Source of the DNA: a virus
IMG/VR virus record: IMGVR_UViG_3300028800_000062
Location: 1-64,000 of that record
DNA length: 64,000 nucleotides
Strand: one strand, 5' to 3'
Part shown: positions 53,008 to 62,353 of the stretch, piece after piece
Layout: each line of letters begins with the position of its first letter
Position numbering within the stretch: position 1 is the first letter of the stretch
Position numbers and translations under genes: made by a program
Notes under the pieces: generated by a model
What the model saw: only the letters and a program-made list of their open reading frames with translations
Told to the model about the DNA's origin: nothing
Database searches by the model: none

Positions 53008-54297
53008 ATGCCCAACGCCTCGGTTAATGTCAACGTCATCTCCGCCAGCACAGGTCAACCGGTGCAATCCGCGATCTATGTCAACGGGAGCTACACCTCC
53101 AATCTTGGTGCAGCGTCGCTGGCGGTGCAGGTCCCACAAGGGCAGACGACCGAAGTCAAGGCAGTCCCGATTAACAGCGACGGCAGCAAGGATAACTCCC
53201 GCGCAGCTACGCGGATACTGTCGGACCAGGATTCTAATGCTACGATCACGGTTCCCGACAGCCTTCCCAGCCCGGCAACCCTGACGCTCGAGGCGCCGGC
53301 CAACAGTAGCGGCGTATCCGTTTCCCTGGCCGGGCCTCCGGATTCAAACGGTAATCCTATCTCCCAGCAAGGTACCACGGACGACAACGGGCAGTTGACC
53401 TTCGCGAATCTACCGGCGGGAGACTATACCTACTCCGCATCCCATCCTGCTTACCAGGACCTGTCCCAGCAACCGATCTCCCTGGCCGCCGGCCAAACTG
53501 CCACCGCGGGCATGCCGATGGTGGCCAAGACCAGCCCGCAGGCGATCGGCGGCAGTTTACCGGTCTCCGATAACGGCGCCAATGCTTCTTCGAACACCGC
53601 ACTGGCCGGCCTGGCCGACGCGCAGTCGCAGGACGCGGCCTTCGACCAGGTCTATTCGAACACTTCCTGGGACACCTACTTTACCTCCGCCCAGTGCCGG
53701 GTCTATATAGGCGACTTGTTCATCGACGAGCTGCAGGCCATCCAGTATTCAGCGCCCAACAACATCATTCCCGTGCATGGATACGCCAGCCGCTTCGCCG
53801 ACGCCTGGGCCGACGGCAAGAGTTTGATTCAGGGCCAGCTGATTCTTAACTACGTCTCTGAGACGTACATGTACACGGTACTGGCCAACTACCGCAGGTT
53901 TCTGGTCTCGCAGTCGGTCCCGAGCGCGGCCGCGGATGCCACCAGTCAGAGTGCCCAGCAGCTCGGCAACGCCTTGAAAGCCCGTAAGTATCTGTTGGCC
54001 TCCAGTGAGGATGCCGATACTACCGCCATCGACAGCACCATTCAGACCCTGGTGCAGGACCCGGCCACGGTGCAGCAGCATAAACAGAATCAGCAGGGTC
54101 GTGGCCCGGGCTCCATTTATATCAACGCCATCTACCAACCCATCGCTTTTGACATCCGGGTGGAGATCGGGTCAGGGTCTTCGCGCACCTATAGGCAACT
54201 AGAAAAGTGCAGGCTGACCGGCAACGACCAGATCATCGACCAGTCCGGCAACGTGATCGCGGACGTCTACAGTTTCCTCGCCCGCCGGCTGCGTTAA
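53008..54297 (+). CDS. Tube-like paralogue 3 with N-terminal Ig/carboxypeptidase-regulatory-like domains
   Basis: TTDDNGQLTFANLPAGDYTY; PVHGYAS...GKSLIQGQL.LNY...YSFLAR. Confidence 0.65.
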   Translation: MPNASVNVNVISASTGQPVQSAIYVNGSYTSNLGAASLAVQVPQGQTTEVKAVPINSDGSKDNSRAATRILSDQDSNATITVPDSLPSPATLTLEAPANSSGVSVSLAGPPDSNGNPISQQGTTDDNGQLTFANLPAGDYTYSASHPAYQDLSQQPISLAAGQTATAGMPMVAKTSPQAIGGSLPVSDNGANASSNTALAGLADAQSQDAAFDQVYSNTSWDTYFTSAQCRVYIGDLFIDELQAIQYSAPNNIIPVHGYASRFADAWADGKSLIQGQLILNYVSETYMYTVLANYRRFLVSQSVPSAAADATSQSAQQLGNALKARKYLLASSEDADTTAIDSTIQTLVQDPATVQQHKQNQQGRGPGSIYINAIYQPIAFDIRVEIGSGSSRTYRQLEKCRLTGNDQIIDQSGNVIADVYSFLARRLR

Positions 54298-54315
54298 CGA
54301 ATAGGAGTAACGCTT

Positions 54316-54471
54316 ATGGATCCTAGAATTGCAGTAGCTTGCGTAGTAGCGGCCCTGTTTCTGACCGGCGTAGGCTATACCGTGGAAGGCGTCAAGCGCG
54401 CCGCGCACCACGTCTCCAAAGCCGGCCATGCCGTGGTCCACGTTTTGCACCATCCTAAACCCCGTTCTTGA
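54316..54471 (+). CDS. 51-aa membrane/secreted His-rich peptide (not in ORF track)
   Basis: AGGAG RBS; MDPRIAVACVVAALFLTGVG...HHVSKAGHAVVHVLHHP. Confidence 0.6.
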   Translation: MDPRIAVACVVAALFLTGVGYTVEGVKRAAHHVSKAGHAVVHVLHHPKPRS

Positions 54472-54496
54472 CATCTAACACACTGTTAGTTATACT
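54468..54496 (+). promoter_or_regulatory. Near-consensus sigma70 promoter with a palindromic operator in its spacer
   Basis: TTGACA (54468)-17 bp-TATACT (54491); CTAACA-CAC-TGTTAG at 54475-54489. Confidence 0.85.
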
Positions 54497-54506
54497 GAGG
54501 AGAGAT

Positions 54507-55274
54507 ATGGTATTCCATCTTGGCAAACTACCCAAGAAGCACGATCGGCTGCGGCGCACCCTGTGCCTGGCCAAATATACCCAGCAGTTGGCCCCGCCGC
54601 CGGCCGCGGTGGATTATTCCGCCATTTCCGACCTCGGCGTGATGCTGAACGCCACGCTGGGATGTTGTGTGTGCGCCGGTTACGGGCACAGCGTCCAGCA
54701 GTGGAACCAACTGGCCGGACATGCTTTCATTCCAAGCGATCCCATGGTGGAGGCCAGCTACGAGGCCATCGGCGGATACAATCCCGCGCAGACGGCGTCC
54801 GACGGTTCGAACCCCACCGACCAGGGCTGCAATATGCTGGACGCCTGCAAATACTGGCGCAGCACAGGCATGGGAGGCCACAAGATCGATGCCTTTGTTT
54901 CGCTCGGCGAAAGCACTCCTATCAGCCAGCTTCTGCTCAAGCAGTCGATCGCCCTGTTCGGTAATAGCTACCTGGGCTTCAGTATGCCCCAGAGCTGCCA
55001 GGAACAGGCCATCTGGGATGTGATTCCGGATCCCGGCGACGGGTCGACCGAACCTGGTTCCTGGGGCGGCCACTGCGTTTTAGCGGTAGCCTACGACGAC
55101 ACGCATCTCACGGTAGTCACCTGGGGCCAGCTGCTGAAGGTCACCTGGGCGTTTGTGGATAAATACCTCGAAGAGGCGTACGGGCTGTACAGCGAAGACT
55201 GGATGGTTGCCAGCGGCCTCTCCGTATCAGGATTCGACAAGGATACTTTGTTGGCGGATGTGCAGGCTCTCTGA
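54507..55274 (+). CDS. Papain-like (C1-type) cysteine peptidase
   Basis: LGCCVCAG (catalytic Cys), GGHCVLAVAYD (His), VVTWG. Confidence 0.8.
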   Translation: MVFHLGKLPKKHDRLRRTLCLAKYTQQLAPPPAAVDYSAISDLGVMLNATLGCCVCAGYGHSVQQWNQLAGHAFIPSDPMVEASYEAIGGYNPAQTASDGSNPTDQGCNMLDACKYWRSTGMGGHKIDAFVSLGESTPISQLLLKQSIALFGNSYLGFSMPQSCQEQAIWDVIPDPGDGSTEPGSWGGHCVLAVAYDDTHLTVVTWGQLLKVTWAFVDKYLEEAYGLYSEDWMVASGLSVSGFDKDTLLADVQAL

Positions 55275-55311
55275 TCGCCGACCGTTACAACGAAACACAA
55301 AGGAGTAAGTC

Positions 55312-55725
55312 ATGTCCACTGAAGGTCAAGAACCGTTCGATCCCATGAAAATACTGGCCGATATTCCCAACGCGCCTACCAAAGCGCATATCGACTCCTG
55401 GAAGGCACAGGTACCAAACGGCATCATCCGGGTATTCCCCGCCTCGGGAAAACGGGTGTTCTTCTTACGCGGCATCACCGGACTGGAGATGCGCAAGATG
55501 CAGGAGAAGATCCTACCCGGCGCCCCTAATCCGGAACAGGAGTTCCAACTGCTGGCGCTCGAGGCCGCCTGTGTGTGGACCAACCTCACCGCGGACCATA
55601 AGCTCACCGCGGAGTATCTGCGCACCGCGACCGCCGGCCTGCCTTTCACGCTGTGGGCCATTGTGGAGTCGCTGTCGGACTTCATTCCGCCGCAACAGCT
55701 GTATGAGATGACCTTCGATCTGTAA
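55312..55725 (+). CDS. Putative tail assembly chaperone
   Basis: IDSWK...F.LR.IT..E...AG.P.TL...V..LSDF pattern; position. Confidence 0.65.
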   Translation: MSTEGQEPFDPMKILADIPNAPTKAHIDSWKAQVPNGIIRVFPASGKRVFFLRGITGLEMRKMQEKILPGAPNPEQEFQLLALEAACVWTNLTADHKLTAEYLRTATAGLPFTLWAIVESLSDFIPPQQLYEMTFDL

Positions 55726-55742
55726 GTTCGCCGCGGCGCATC

Positions 55743-56324
55743 ATGCGTACTCCAGTTCAAGTCGGCACCTGGCCTGTATTGGGTCTGGATGGGAATGGCA
55801 AGCCCGTTCCCGGTCCTTCCATGGTCGTGGCCTGGCGCCGGCTGAGCTGGAAAGAGTACGACTACTTCCGCGTCCTGCAGGAAGATCCCAAGATACTCTA
55901 CGCGGAGGTTTACGAGAAGTGCCTGGTACGGGGACCTTCCTTGGAAAAGGCGCCCGCCGGCATCGTATTCCATATTGGCAAGCAGGAGTTAGAGACTTGC
56001 CCTTTCTCAGGCCGGTTTGACAGTATTTCCAAAGAGCTTGAAAAGGCCCGCACGCAGGTTCAGGGAAGCTGGCTGCTGACGGCGCAGGCTCTGATTGCCT
56101 GCACGCTGCACTATTCCCTGGACGAAGTAGCCACTTGGCCGGCCGACCTGTTTTTCCAGCGCGTAGCCCTGGCCGAACAATTAGCTGGGAAGCCTCTTGA
56201 TCCGGCTGACCCCAAGAACCCTCCGCAGGCGCCTAGCCGGCGGAAACGAGGACCTTCGAATCCCGCCACTACTCCCCGGGCTCCCCAGTCTGGGGATAAC
56301 CAACAATTTACCTTCACACGGTAA
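55743..56324 (+). CDS. Putative tail assembly chaperone 2
   Basis: WRRLSWKEY...CLV...PAG; Y.LDEV..W...F...VALAE. Confidence 0.6.
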   Translation: MRTPVQVGTWPVLGLDGNGKPVPGPSMVVAWRRLSWKEYDYFRVLQEDPKILYAEVYEKCLVRGPSLEKAPAGIVFHIGKQELETCPFSGRFDSISKELEKARTQVQGSWLLTAQALIACTLHYSLDEVATWPADLFFQRVALAEQLAGKPLDPADPKNPPQAPSRRKRGPSNPATTPRAPQSGDNQQFTFTR

Positions 56325-56339
56325 TAGGAGAAACAACGA

Positions 56340-56894
56340 ATGAAGACATGCAAAGTACTTTTGAGCGGGATGATCGGTCTGTTATTGTTTGTTTGCGCGC
56401 TAAGTGCGCAGGTACGCCCGGGAGCTAGTATGCCCTACGGCTTCATCGGCAACTGGGCGCCGCCCGCCAGCTATGGAGTGTTACTCTCGCCGCGCATCAC
56501 GGTAGTGCAGGCAAATTGGCCGGCCGGCATCCTTACTGGGGTGTCCGCCTATCCGCAGTTTGCGTCCACCGTAGGCCAGCAGATTGGTGCCTCGTTCTTC
56601 CCGTGGGGCACATATATGTGTCCGGCCGGACTCACCAGCGGGGCGAACGGATGCGGTTATTTGGGCAATCCGTATGATCCCACAGGTCAAAGCAGTGGCA
56701 AGTACGGCAAGCCTGTAATTGTGGCCGCGCAAGTAACAGCCGCGGACAACTGGCAGCAAACGATTTCGAATCCTTTGGTGGCCGTCGCGCCTCCGTCGAA
56801 TGCCGTACCTTCTACCGCTGCGTTGTTAAGCCAAGCGGTAGCCGCCCTGCAGCAAGCGATTACGCTGCTGAATAAGGTGGCCGCCCAACAGTAG
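56340..56894 (+). CDS. Secreted protein (signal peptide), possibly lysis-associated
   Basis: MKTCKVLLSGMIGLLLFVCALSA/Q; C-terminal amphipathic helix. Confidence 0.65.
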   Translation: MKTCKVLLSGMIGLLLFVCALSAQVRPGASMPYGFIGNWAPPASYGVLLSPRITVVQANWPAGILTGVSAYPQFASTVGQQIGASFFPWGTYMCPAGLTSGANGCGYLGNPYDPTGQSSGKYGKPVIVAAQVTAADNWQQTISNPLVAVAPPSNAVPSTAALLSQAVAALQQAITLLNKVAAQQ

Positions 56895-56900
56895 GTCTGT

Positions 56901-57128
56901 ATGAACGGACTACTCCGTTTTCTGTCGAACAACTGGCCAGTGCTGAGTTTGTTTGCGCTGGCCTTTGTAGTTACCCTGCCGAAAGATCCACCTGCCTCGC
57001 TGCGACAGACGCCGCGGTGGTTCTACAGCTGGATACGAGAGGGCCTTATGACTTTCGTATCCTTCCGCACTCCGTCCAGTGCGGCGAAAGAAACTTCCCC
57101 AAAAGTAACAGGAGAACCTCAAATATGA
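56901..57128 (+). CDS. Small membrane protein (holin candidate)
   Basis: NWPVLSLFALAFVVTLP transmembrane segment. Confidence 0.5.
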   Translation: MNGLLRFLSNNWPVLSLFALAFVVTLPKDPPASLRQTPRWFYSWIREGLMTFVSFRTPSSAAKETSPKVTGEPQI

Positions 57129-57364
57129 CGCCAGCCCCCAGTTTAGCCGATGCTCTTGCGCAGGTCGAAACCATGCAAGCTGCACTGTCCAACGCAGATG
57201 GTGCTTTGGATCAGGCCAACCAGAAACTAGCGGCAGCCCAATCTGCCCAACAAACCGCAGCGTCGGCCGACACGGATGCTATCAATTCCGCCAACAGCGC
57301 TATCGACGTGGCCATTGACGTTTTGACTGCCACCAAGCGACCGGTCCCGACGCCCGCTCAGTAA
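57125..57364 (+). CDS. Small Ala-rich coiled-coil protein
   Basis: AGGAG RBS, ATGA coupling. Confidence 0.65.
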   Translation: MTPAPSLADALAQVETMQAALSNADGALDQANQKLAAAQSAQQTAASADTDAINSANSAIDVAIDVLTATKRPVPTPAQ

Positions 57365-57374
57365 CTGAACCCAG

Positions 57375-60300
57375 GTGCATCAATTCCCCAGTCCCGACAA
57401 GATCCATTTCTTCGATGTCGAGACTGGGGGTTTGCCCGAACATCGTGCGTTCAATTTCTCCCTTCCAGAGTTTCAGAAGTGGTCCGCCCTCAAAGGCGAC
57501 GCGTATTACAAACACCCCTACGCCACCTTCCATGCCAACAGTCCGCTCCTGCAGTTATACGCTACAGGCTTGCCGCACTTTGATCCCGCCAAAGAAGACA
57601 GACTCCAGCATTTAACCCAAGGCACCGCTCCACATTCCAGTCTGATCCGCTTGCCGGATAAACCCTGGACTGTTGAGAACGGCGATAAGGTTCCGCTGCT
57701 GATCAGCGACTGGGCCCGCGACAACGGCCTGGTGAAGGCTTCGCAAAGCGCCCAGCGCAGCGAAGAGGAAACCCTGCGTCTCTTCTTCGAGGATCTGGAA
57801 GCCAAGTTGGCTCTTGGAGAGCCGGTCAACTTAGGTGGCTGGAACGTTGGTTACGATCTAAGTGCGATCGAGCGCGCCACGCGCCGGTACGCTTCGCTAG
57901 AACCCTACCAGGGTTGGCTGGGTCGCCAGATCTCCGCCGGCCAGGTCCGTGTGGTAGAGGGTTTTGATGTATTCGGCGACACCATTCTCAAATATGCTGA
58001 GCACAACGCCGAGTTCGCCAAAAGCAACTTGCGCATGTTCCCTTCCGGAAAGGTCGCCAGCAATCTGGAAGAGTTGCGTAAGGTCCCAGGATGGAAACTG
58101 GGAAACATCATTGATGCAATTGGCGGCTCGGAAGCTTTTCATATCAGTGCGGAAGCTGCCAAGTTCCATGGCGCCTTCTTCGATACTCAGATTACAGCGT
58201 CGGCCTACACCCGCTTGTGGGAGGCGCAGGCATCCGTTCGCGAGATTCAGCCTGGTGAGGATTTCGCCGCGGCGTTCCGCCAGGCCTTTACCGAGGCCGG
58301 CCTACACCCGGCTTCCGTCTCTTCGGAAGACTGGATGTCGCGCATCTTCCAGCGTTCCGGTTGGCAGCGAGAGTTCCAGCGGGCATCTAAGGAGGGAGCG
58401 CGCGATGCCGGCTTAGCTTTTGAAGCGGTCCGGTCTCCCAGTAAGGTTCTGATTGGTGCGGCGGTCTTGGGCGGTATGGCGATCGCCACCAACCTGGCGT
58501 TTGGCAAACGCAAGGACCGCCAGACTCAGATCACAGGCCTTGACGACCTGGGTTTGGCTGCTGAACAACGGCATGCGTTGACCCCCTTCGGTTCCGGCTG
58601 GCAGGGACTGGACGATCCTTCTCCGGTCAATCTGAGCACCCTGGCAATAGCCGGAGGCACCTACGGTGCCTTCCGCTACTACACCCGCAACTATCCGCGG
58701 TCCGCCGTCAAGGTCTTTAGCGCGGCGGAGCGCCGCTTCCCGCGGCAGACTCTGAATTACTTCGGCTTCTCCCAGTTTGCGTCTAGTTTTCTGCCCACAA
58801 AACTGGACGTAGAGGCCGCACAGCTAGTCAATAACGGCAGTCTCACCGCATTAGGAGAACACTTCCAGAGACTGCTCGGCGCCGATCTGAATCTCGCGCA
58901 ATTGGCCACGGAAGGTCTGCATTTCGAACGCACCGGAAAGTCTGCGTACATGCACCTGGCCGGCACTGATCGCAGTGTCCGGTTCCTGGGCTACGATCCG
59001 GCGACTCAGAAAAGCGGTAGCCGTTGGGCAGGTGCTTCGGCCCGCTGGAAAGCTCCGATAAACGAACCGGATCGCTATCTTCCCAACGTAGTAGCAGGCG
59101 ACACCTGGGCAGCCCGTTGGAAGTCTTCCTGGAAACAACACGTCCTCAGCCAGACCCCTATCAATCCCAAGTACGGCGTCGAAGCCGAGGGACTCCGTTT
59201 CCAACCCGTCTTTGCGGAACAAGAAGGCCATCTTCTGGCGAACCTGCACCAGAAGGTAGGCATCACGGCGCTCGAACTGGCCGAACAACCGCAGAAGCTG
59301 TTTGCGCGCATCGGACTGGGTCTCAAGAATAACTCATGGAATTCCGCCGGAGGTCTGGTAGGGAAGTTGCTGCTCAAGCGCGCCCTACCGATCGCCGCCG
59401 GCCTGGGTGCTTTGGATTATGCCGACTACCTGACCGGCCACCGGCTTTCCGCCGGCGTCCTGGGAATCGGACCCAAGGCTAATGTAGCCCGGGCTGAACT
59501 CACCGATCGTGTCCCTGGAGCCCGGCGCACAACAGACTGGTATCAGCGTCATATCCCCGGATCCCAGTGGGGTCCGCTGGCACTCCCGCTGACAGGCATG
59601 GTCACCGGCGAGCTGGTCGAGATGGGCTACGAGGCCCTGACCGGCATCAAGCTGGCGGGCAAGGCCAGTAAGTTCGGACGAAAAGCCGGCCTGCTGGCCA
59701 TGCTGCCTTTCATCCCTGGCATGCTGGGCAGCCGCAAGAGCGCGCGGGAGCTGCGCGACATCTACTCAGGCGAGCAACCGGTTCCGGTCCGCAGCGGCAG
59801 GTGGTGGTGGCTCAACCAGACTCCCTGGGGAGGCGGCCGCATTACAGGCTATCGGCCGCACTGGTATGCCCGGATGAAGAGTCGCCCGGAGCGCGTGGCA
59901 CTGTACGGCTCGGAGAAGGAATACTGGAGGCATCATCCTGTCCTGCACCCTCTGAACTGGCTGAAGAACCCTTATCAGCTAGAGGAAGCCACCTATCAAG
60001 ACCGGCCGTACCCGATTACCTCGCCGGCCTTCTCCAATATTCCGCTCATCGGTCCGGTACTAGCTGCGACTCTGGGGCGCCTGGTCAAACCGCCCAAACG
60101 CATGCATGAGTCGGAATGGAACGGGGACGACTACACTCTATTCAGTCCGCGTGTGGAACCCAGAGGGCCCGCCGGCCTTGCGCCCGCACATCCGCGGGAA
60201 GAGTTCGGTTTGAGCGATGTGGTCAACCGGCAGACCGAACAAGCTGCTGAGTTCACCGGCCTATCCGGCTTCCTGGCCAAGACCGTCCTCAACAAGGCCC

Positions 60301-62336
60301 GAAACAACACCGGCTTTGGCCAGACGGTCTACTTCGAAGGCAGTCGGCAGTTGACCAGCTGGTCACGCAAGTACTATGACGAGCAGGTAGGCGCCGGCAT
60401 GGGCCCGGACGTAGGCCTGGACAGCACTGCAGAATACTCGGAGCCCTTCCGCAGGTTTATCCAACGGGACCTGAAAACCCTGCAGGCAAACGAGATTCGC
60501 AACCAGATGCCGCACTGGCTGCCGGGCGACGATTACATGACGGACTTCCGCACCGGGGATCCGTATACGAAGGTGGATAGCGGCGCTTCCCGCCTGCCAG
60601 GCCCAGGTTACGAGGCTCTGCATCCGGAACTGAAGGGTGTTCCCTTCGAACAGTATCCGGATCTCGAACGCTACAAGATTCTCTCCGATGTAGCACCCTG
60701 GAGCAAGGAGTGGTTCATCTACAACACCAAGTTGAATGCAGCCACCATGCAGGATCCGGAGAGGCGCATCGCCTATGAACAGGTCCGCGACCGCGCCCAG
60801 GCAATCAAGGATTCATCCGAAGAGTTCCAGCATCGGCGCTTCTCAGCTCCCGTCGAACGCCTGACAGGGGTGGTCAAGCGCGCCACGCCGGCGGGTATCG
60901 AGATGGAGGACGGCCGCCACGTCCAACTAAGCGCCTTGGGCATGCGCATGTCAGACCTCTCTTCCCTGGCCCTTGGCGAGAAGAATAACCTGACCCGGCA
61001 GCAGGCGGCCGCGGAAGCCGAGCAGAGACAACAGCGTCTCCTCGAACGACTGTCTGCACTGAATGGACAGAGCATTGAGATGGTGGTTCCTCAAGGCACC
61101 GGGGAACACACCCTGCGCAGCCGCGCGGTGGTCCTGGTAGACGGGCATAACCTGAACCGGGAACTGATCAAAGCCGGACTGGCTCGCGAGGATCCCAACC
61201 TGGCCGGCGCGGAATATCAGGAGATGAGCGGCCCGCTGGGAAAAACCCTGGGGCGACTGGGAGAGGCGGCCTCTTTTATGGGAGACCAGGCGGCCATCAA
61301 CCCGATGCGCTGGACCTGGGGTCATGAGCAGAACAAGTTCTGGGGTAGTCGCGAACCCCTTGAAAAGTATACTTACAACGAACTGTACGGCGCCCGCATG
61401 CAGCATTGGGAGACGCCTTTGAAGAGTTTCGCCAAGCCCTGGCTGAGGTCCCTGTCGCACAAGTTGACCAATAAGGTCGTGGCTCCCCAGCAAGTGCAGG
61501 AACGACGGGACTTTGATATGCTTACCGACGTCCTAGAATACCTGCGCGCCACTACCCGCGGATATACTAACAAGAAGAGCAGGACAGCTATCGGAGCTGA
61601 TGTACTGGCGGACCCCGCCTATCTCCGATCCACACTTTCCGGGCGGGATAAGTACTACTTTCCAGAGTTCCTGCGGGAGACCCGGGACGAGGAACGCAGT
61701 AAGATCCTCGAGGCCGTGCCGGAAGATTTCGCACGCATCCTGCAAGGACAGTGGGTCAAGCAGGATATCGAAGTAGCCCGCGCCGCACATCAGCCGGTGC
61801 CTGAGAAAGTGACCGAAGGCGGTCGCCTACTAACCATGGATGATCTGCAGGCCTATCAAAAGGCCGAGAAGAGTCACGAAACCAAGTTGGACTACGGAAA
61901 CTGGCTGCGTTCGCGCGAAATCGCCGGCTTCTTCTCCCGGAAGAACGTCCGGTTGCCGGAGGATCCGGATTCCCCCGTGTACGCCGAGAACATTGATTAC
62001 GAGGATGTCAAAGCCAAGATCATTCAGGAAGAAGGCCTAGACTACCACGATTTCAATATCTTCGACGACCGCGCGGCGACACTGTGGCGCAAACCTTACC
62101 TGGACGGCGCCGTACGGGAACTGACTGAGGGGAACAACAAATCCGTGGAAGACCTACGCCAGGCTGTGGAGAATATGATGCTGGCCGGCGGATCTAAGGA
62201 GTCGGAAGTGCGGATCACGTCCCTCAGTTCCCGCAAGCAGCGCCAGAACCTGAAAATACGAGTGGAAGAACAACCGGATGAAGACATCCTGCGGGATGTG
62301 CGTCGGAATCCGGAGGCTTACCTGAATCAGAACTAG
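57375..62336 (+). CDS. 1653-aa multidomain protein: DEDDh exonuclease, tape-measure-like membrane region, SNase-like domain
   Basis: FFDVETGG, GWNVGYDL, HGAFFDT; hydrophobic helices; RAVVLVDGHNLNRELIKAGLA. Confidence 0.7.
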   Translation: MHQFPSPDKIHFFDVETGGLPEHRAFNFSLPEFQKWSALKGDAYYKHPYATFHANSPLLQLYATGLPHFDPAKEDRLQHLTQGTAPHSSLIRLPDKPWTVENGDKVPLLISDWARDNGLVKASQSAQRSEEETLRLFFEDLEAKLALGEPVNLGGWNVGYDLSAIERATRRYASLEPYQGWLGRQISAGQVRVVEGFDVFGDTILKYAEHNAEFAKSNLRMFPSGKVASNLEELRKVPGWKLGNIIDAIGGSEAFHISAEAAKFHGAFFDTQITASAYTRLWEAQASVREIQPGEDFAAAFRQAFTEAGLHPASVSSEDWMSRIFQRSGWQREFQRASKEGARDAGLAFEAVRSPSKVLIGAAVLGGMAIATNLAFGKRKDRQTQITGLDDLGLAAEQRHALTPFGSGWQGLDDPSPVNLSTLAIAGGTYGAFRYYTRNYPRSAVKVFSAAERRFPRQTLNYFGFSQFASSFLPTKLDVEAAQLVNNGSLTALGEHFQRLLGADLNLAQLATEGLHFERTGKSAYMHLAGTDRSVRFLGYDPATQKSGSRWAGASARWKAPINEPDRYLPNVVAGDTWAARWKSSWKQHVLSQTPINPKYGVEAEGLRFQPVFAEQEGHLLANLHQKVGITALELAEQPQKLFARIGLGLKNNSWNSAGGLVGKLLLKRALPIAAGLGALDYADYLTGHRLSAGVLGIGPKANVARAELTDRVPGARRTTDWYQRHIPGSQWGPLALPLTGMVTGELVEMGYEALTGIKLAGKASKFGRKAGLLAMLPFIPGMLGSRKSARELRDIYSGEQPVPVRSGRWWWLNQTPWGGGRITGYRPHWYARMKSRPERVALYGSEKEYWRHHPVLHPLNWLKNPYQLEEATYQDRPYPITSPAFSNIPLIGPVLAATLGRLVKPPKRMHESEWNGDDYTLFSPRVEPRGPAGLAPAHPREEFGLSDVVNRQTEQAAEFTGLSGFLAKTVLNKARNNTGFGQTVYFEGSRQLTSWSRKYYDEQVGAGMGPDVGLDSTAEYSEPFRRFIQRDLKTLQANEIRNQMPHWLPGDDYMTDFRTGDPYTKVDSGASRLPGPGYEALHPELKGVPFEQYPDLERYKILSDVAPWSKEWFIYNTKLNAATMQDPERRIAYEQVRDRAQAIKDSSEEFQHRRFSAPVERLTGVVKRATPAGIEMEDGRHVQLSALGMRMSDLSSLALGEKNNLTRQQAAAEAEQRQQRLLERLSALNGQSIEMVVPQGTGEHTLRSRAVVLVDGHNLNRELIKAGLAREDPNLAGAEYQEMSGPLGKTLGRLGEAASFMGDQAAINPMRWTWGHEQNKFWGSREPLEKYTYNELYGARMQHWETPLKSFAKPWLRSLSHKLTNKVVAPQQVQERRDFDMLTDVLEYLRATTRGYTNKKSRTAIGADVLADPAYLRSTLSGRDKYYFPEFLRETRDEERSKILEAVPEDFARILQGQWVKQDIEVARAAHQPVPEKVTEGGRLLTMDDLQAYQKAEKSHETKLDYGNWLRSREIAGFFSRKNVRLPEDPDSPVYAENIDYEDVKAKIIQEEGLDYHDFNIFDDRAATLWRKPYLDGAVRELTEGNNKSVEDLRQAVENMMLAGGSKESEVRITSLSSRKQRQNLKIRVEEQPDEDILRDVRRNPEAYLNQN

Positions 62337-62353
62337 TCTTGGAGATTATTCCT

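Noticed and set aside
55690-55745. Programmed -1 frameshift joining the two tail chaperone genes
   Set aside because: The -1 frame has a TGA at 55704 and no slippery heptamer lies between it and the first gene's stop
61563-61573. Extra late-promoter copy TATACTAACAA
   Set aside because: Lies inside the 1653-aa CDS (codons for YTNK), lacks the leading C and has no gene start nearby; may be chance
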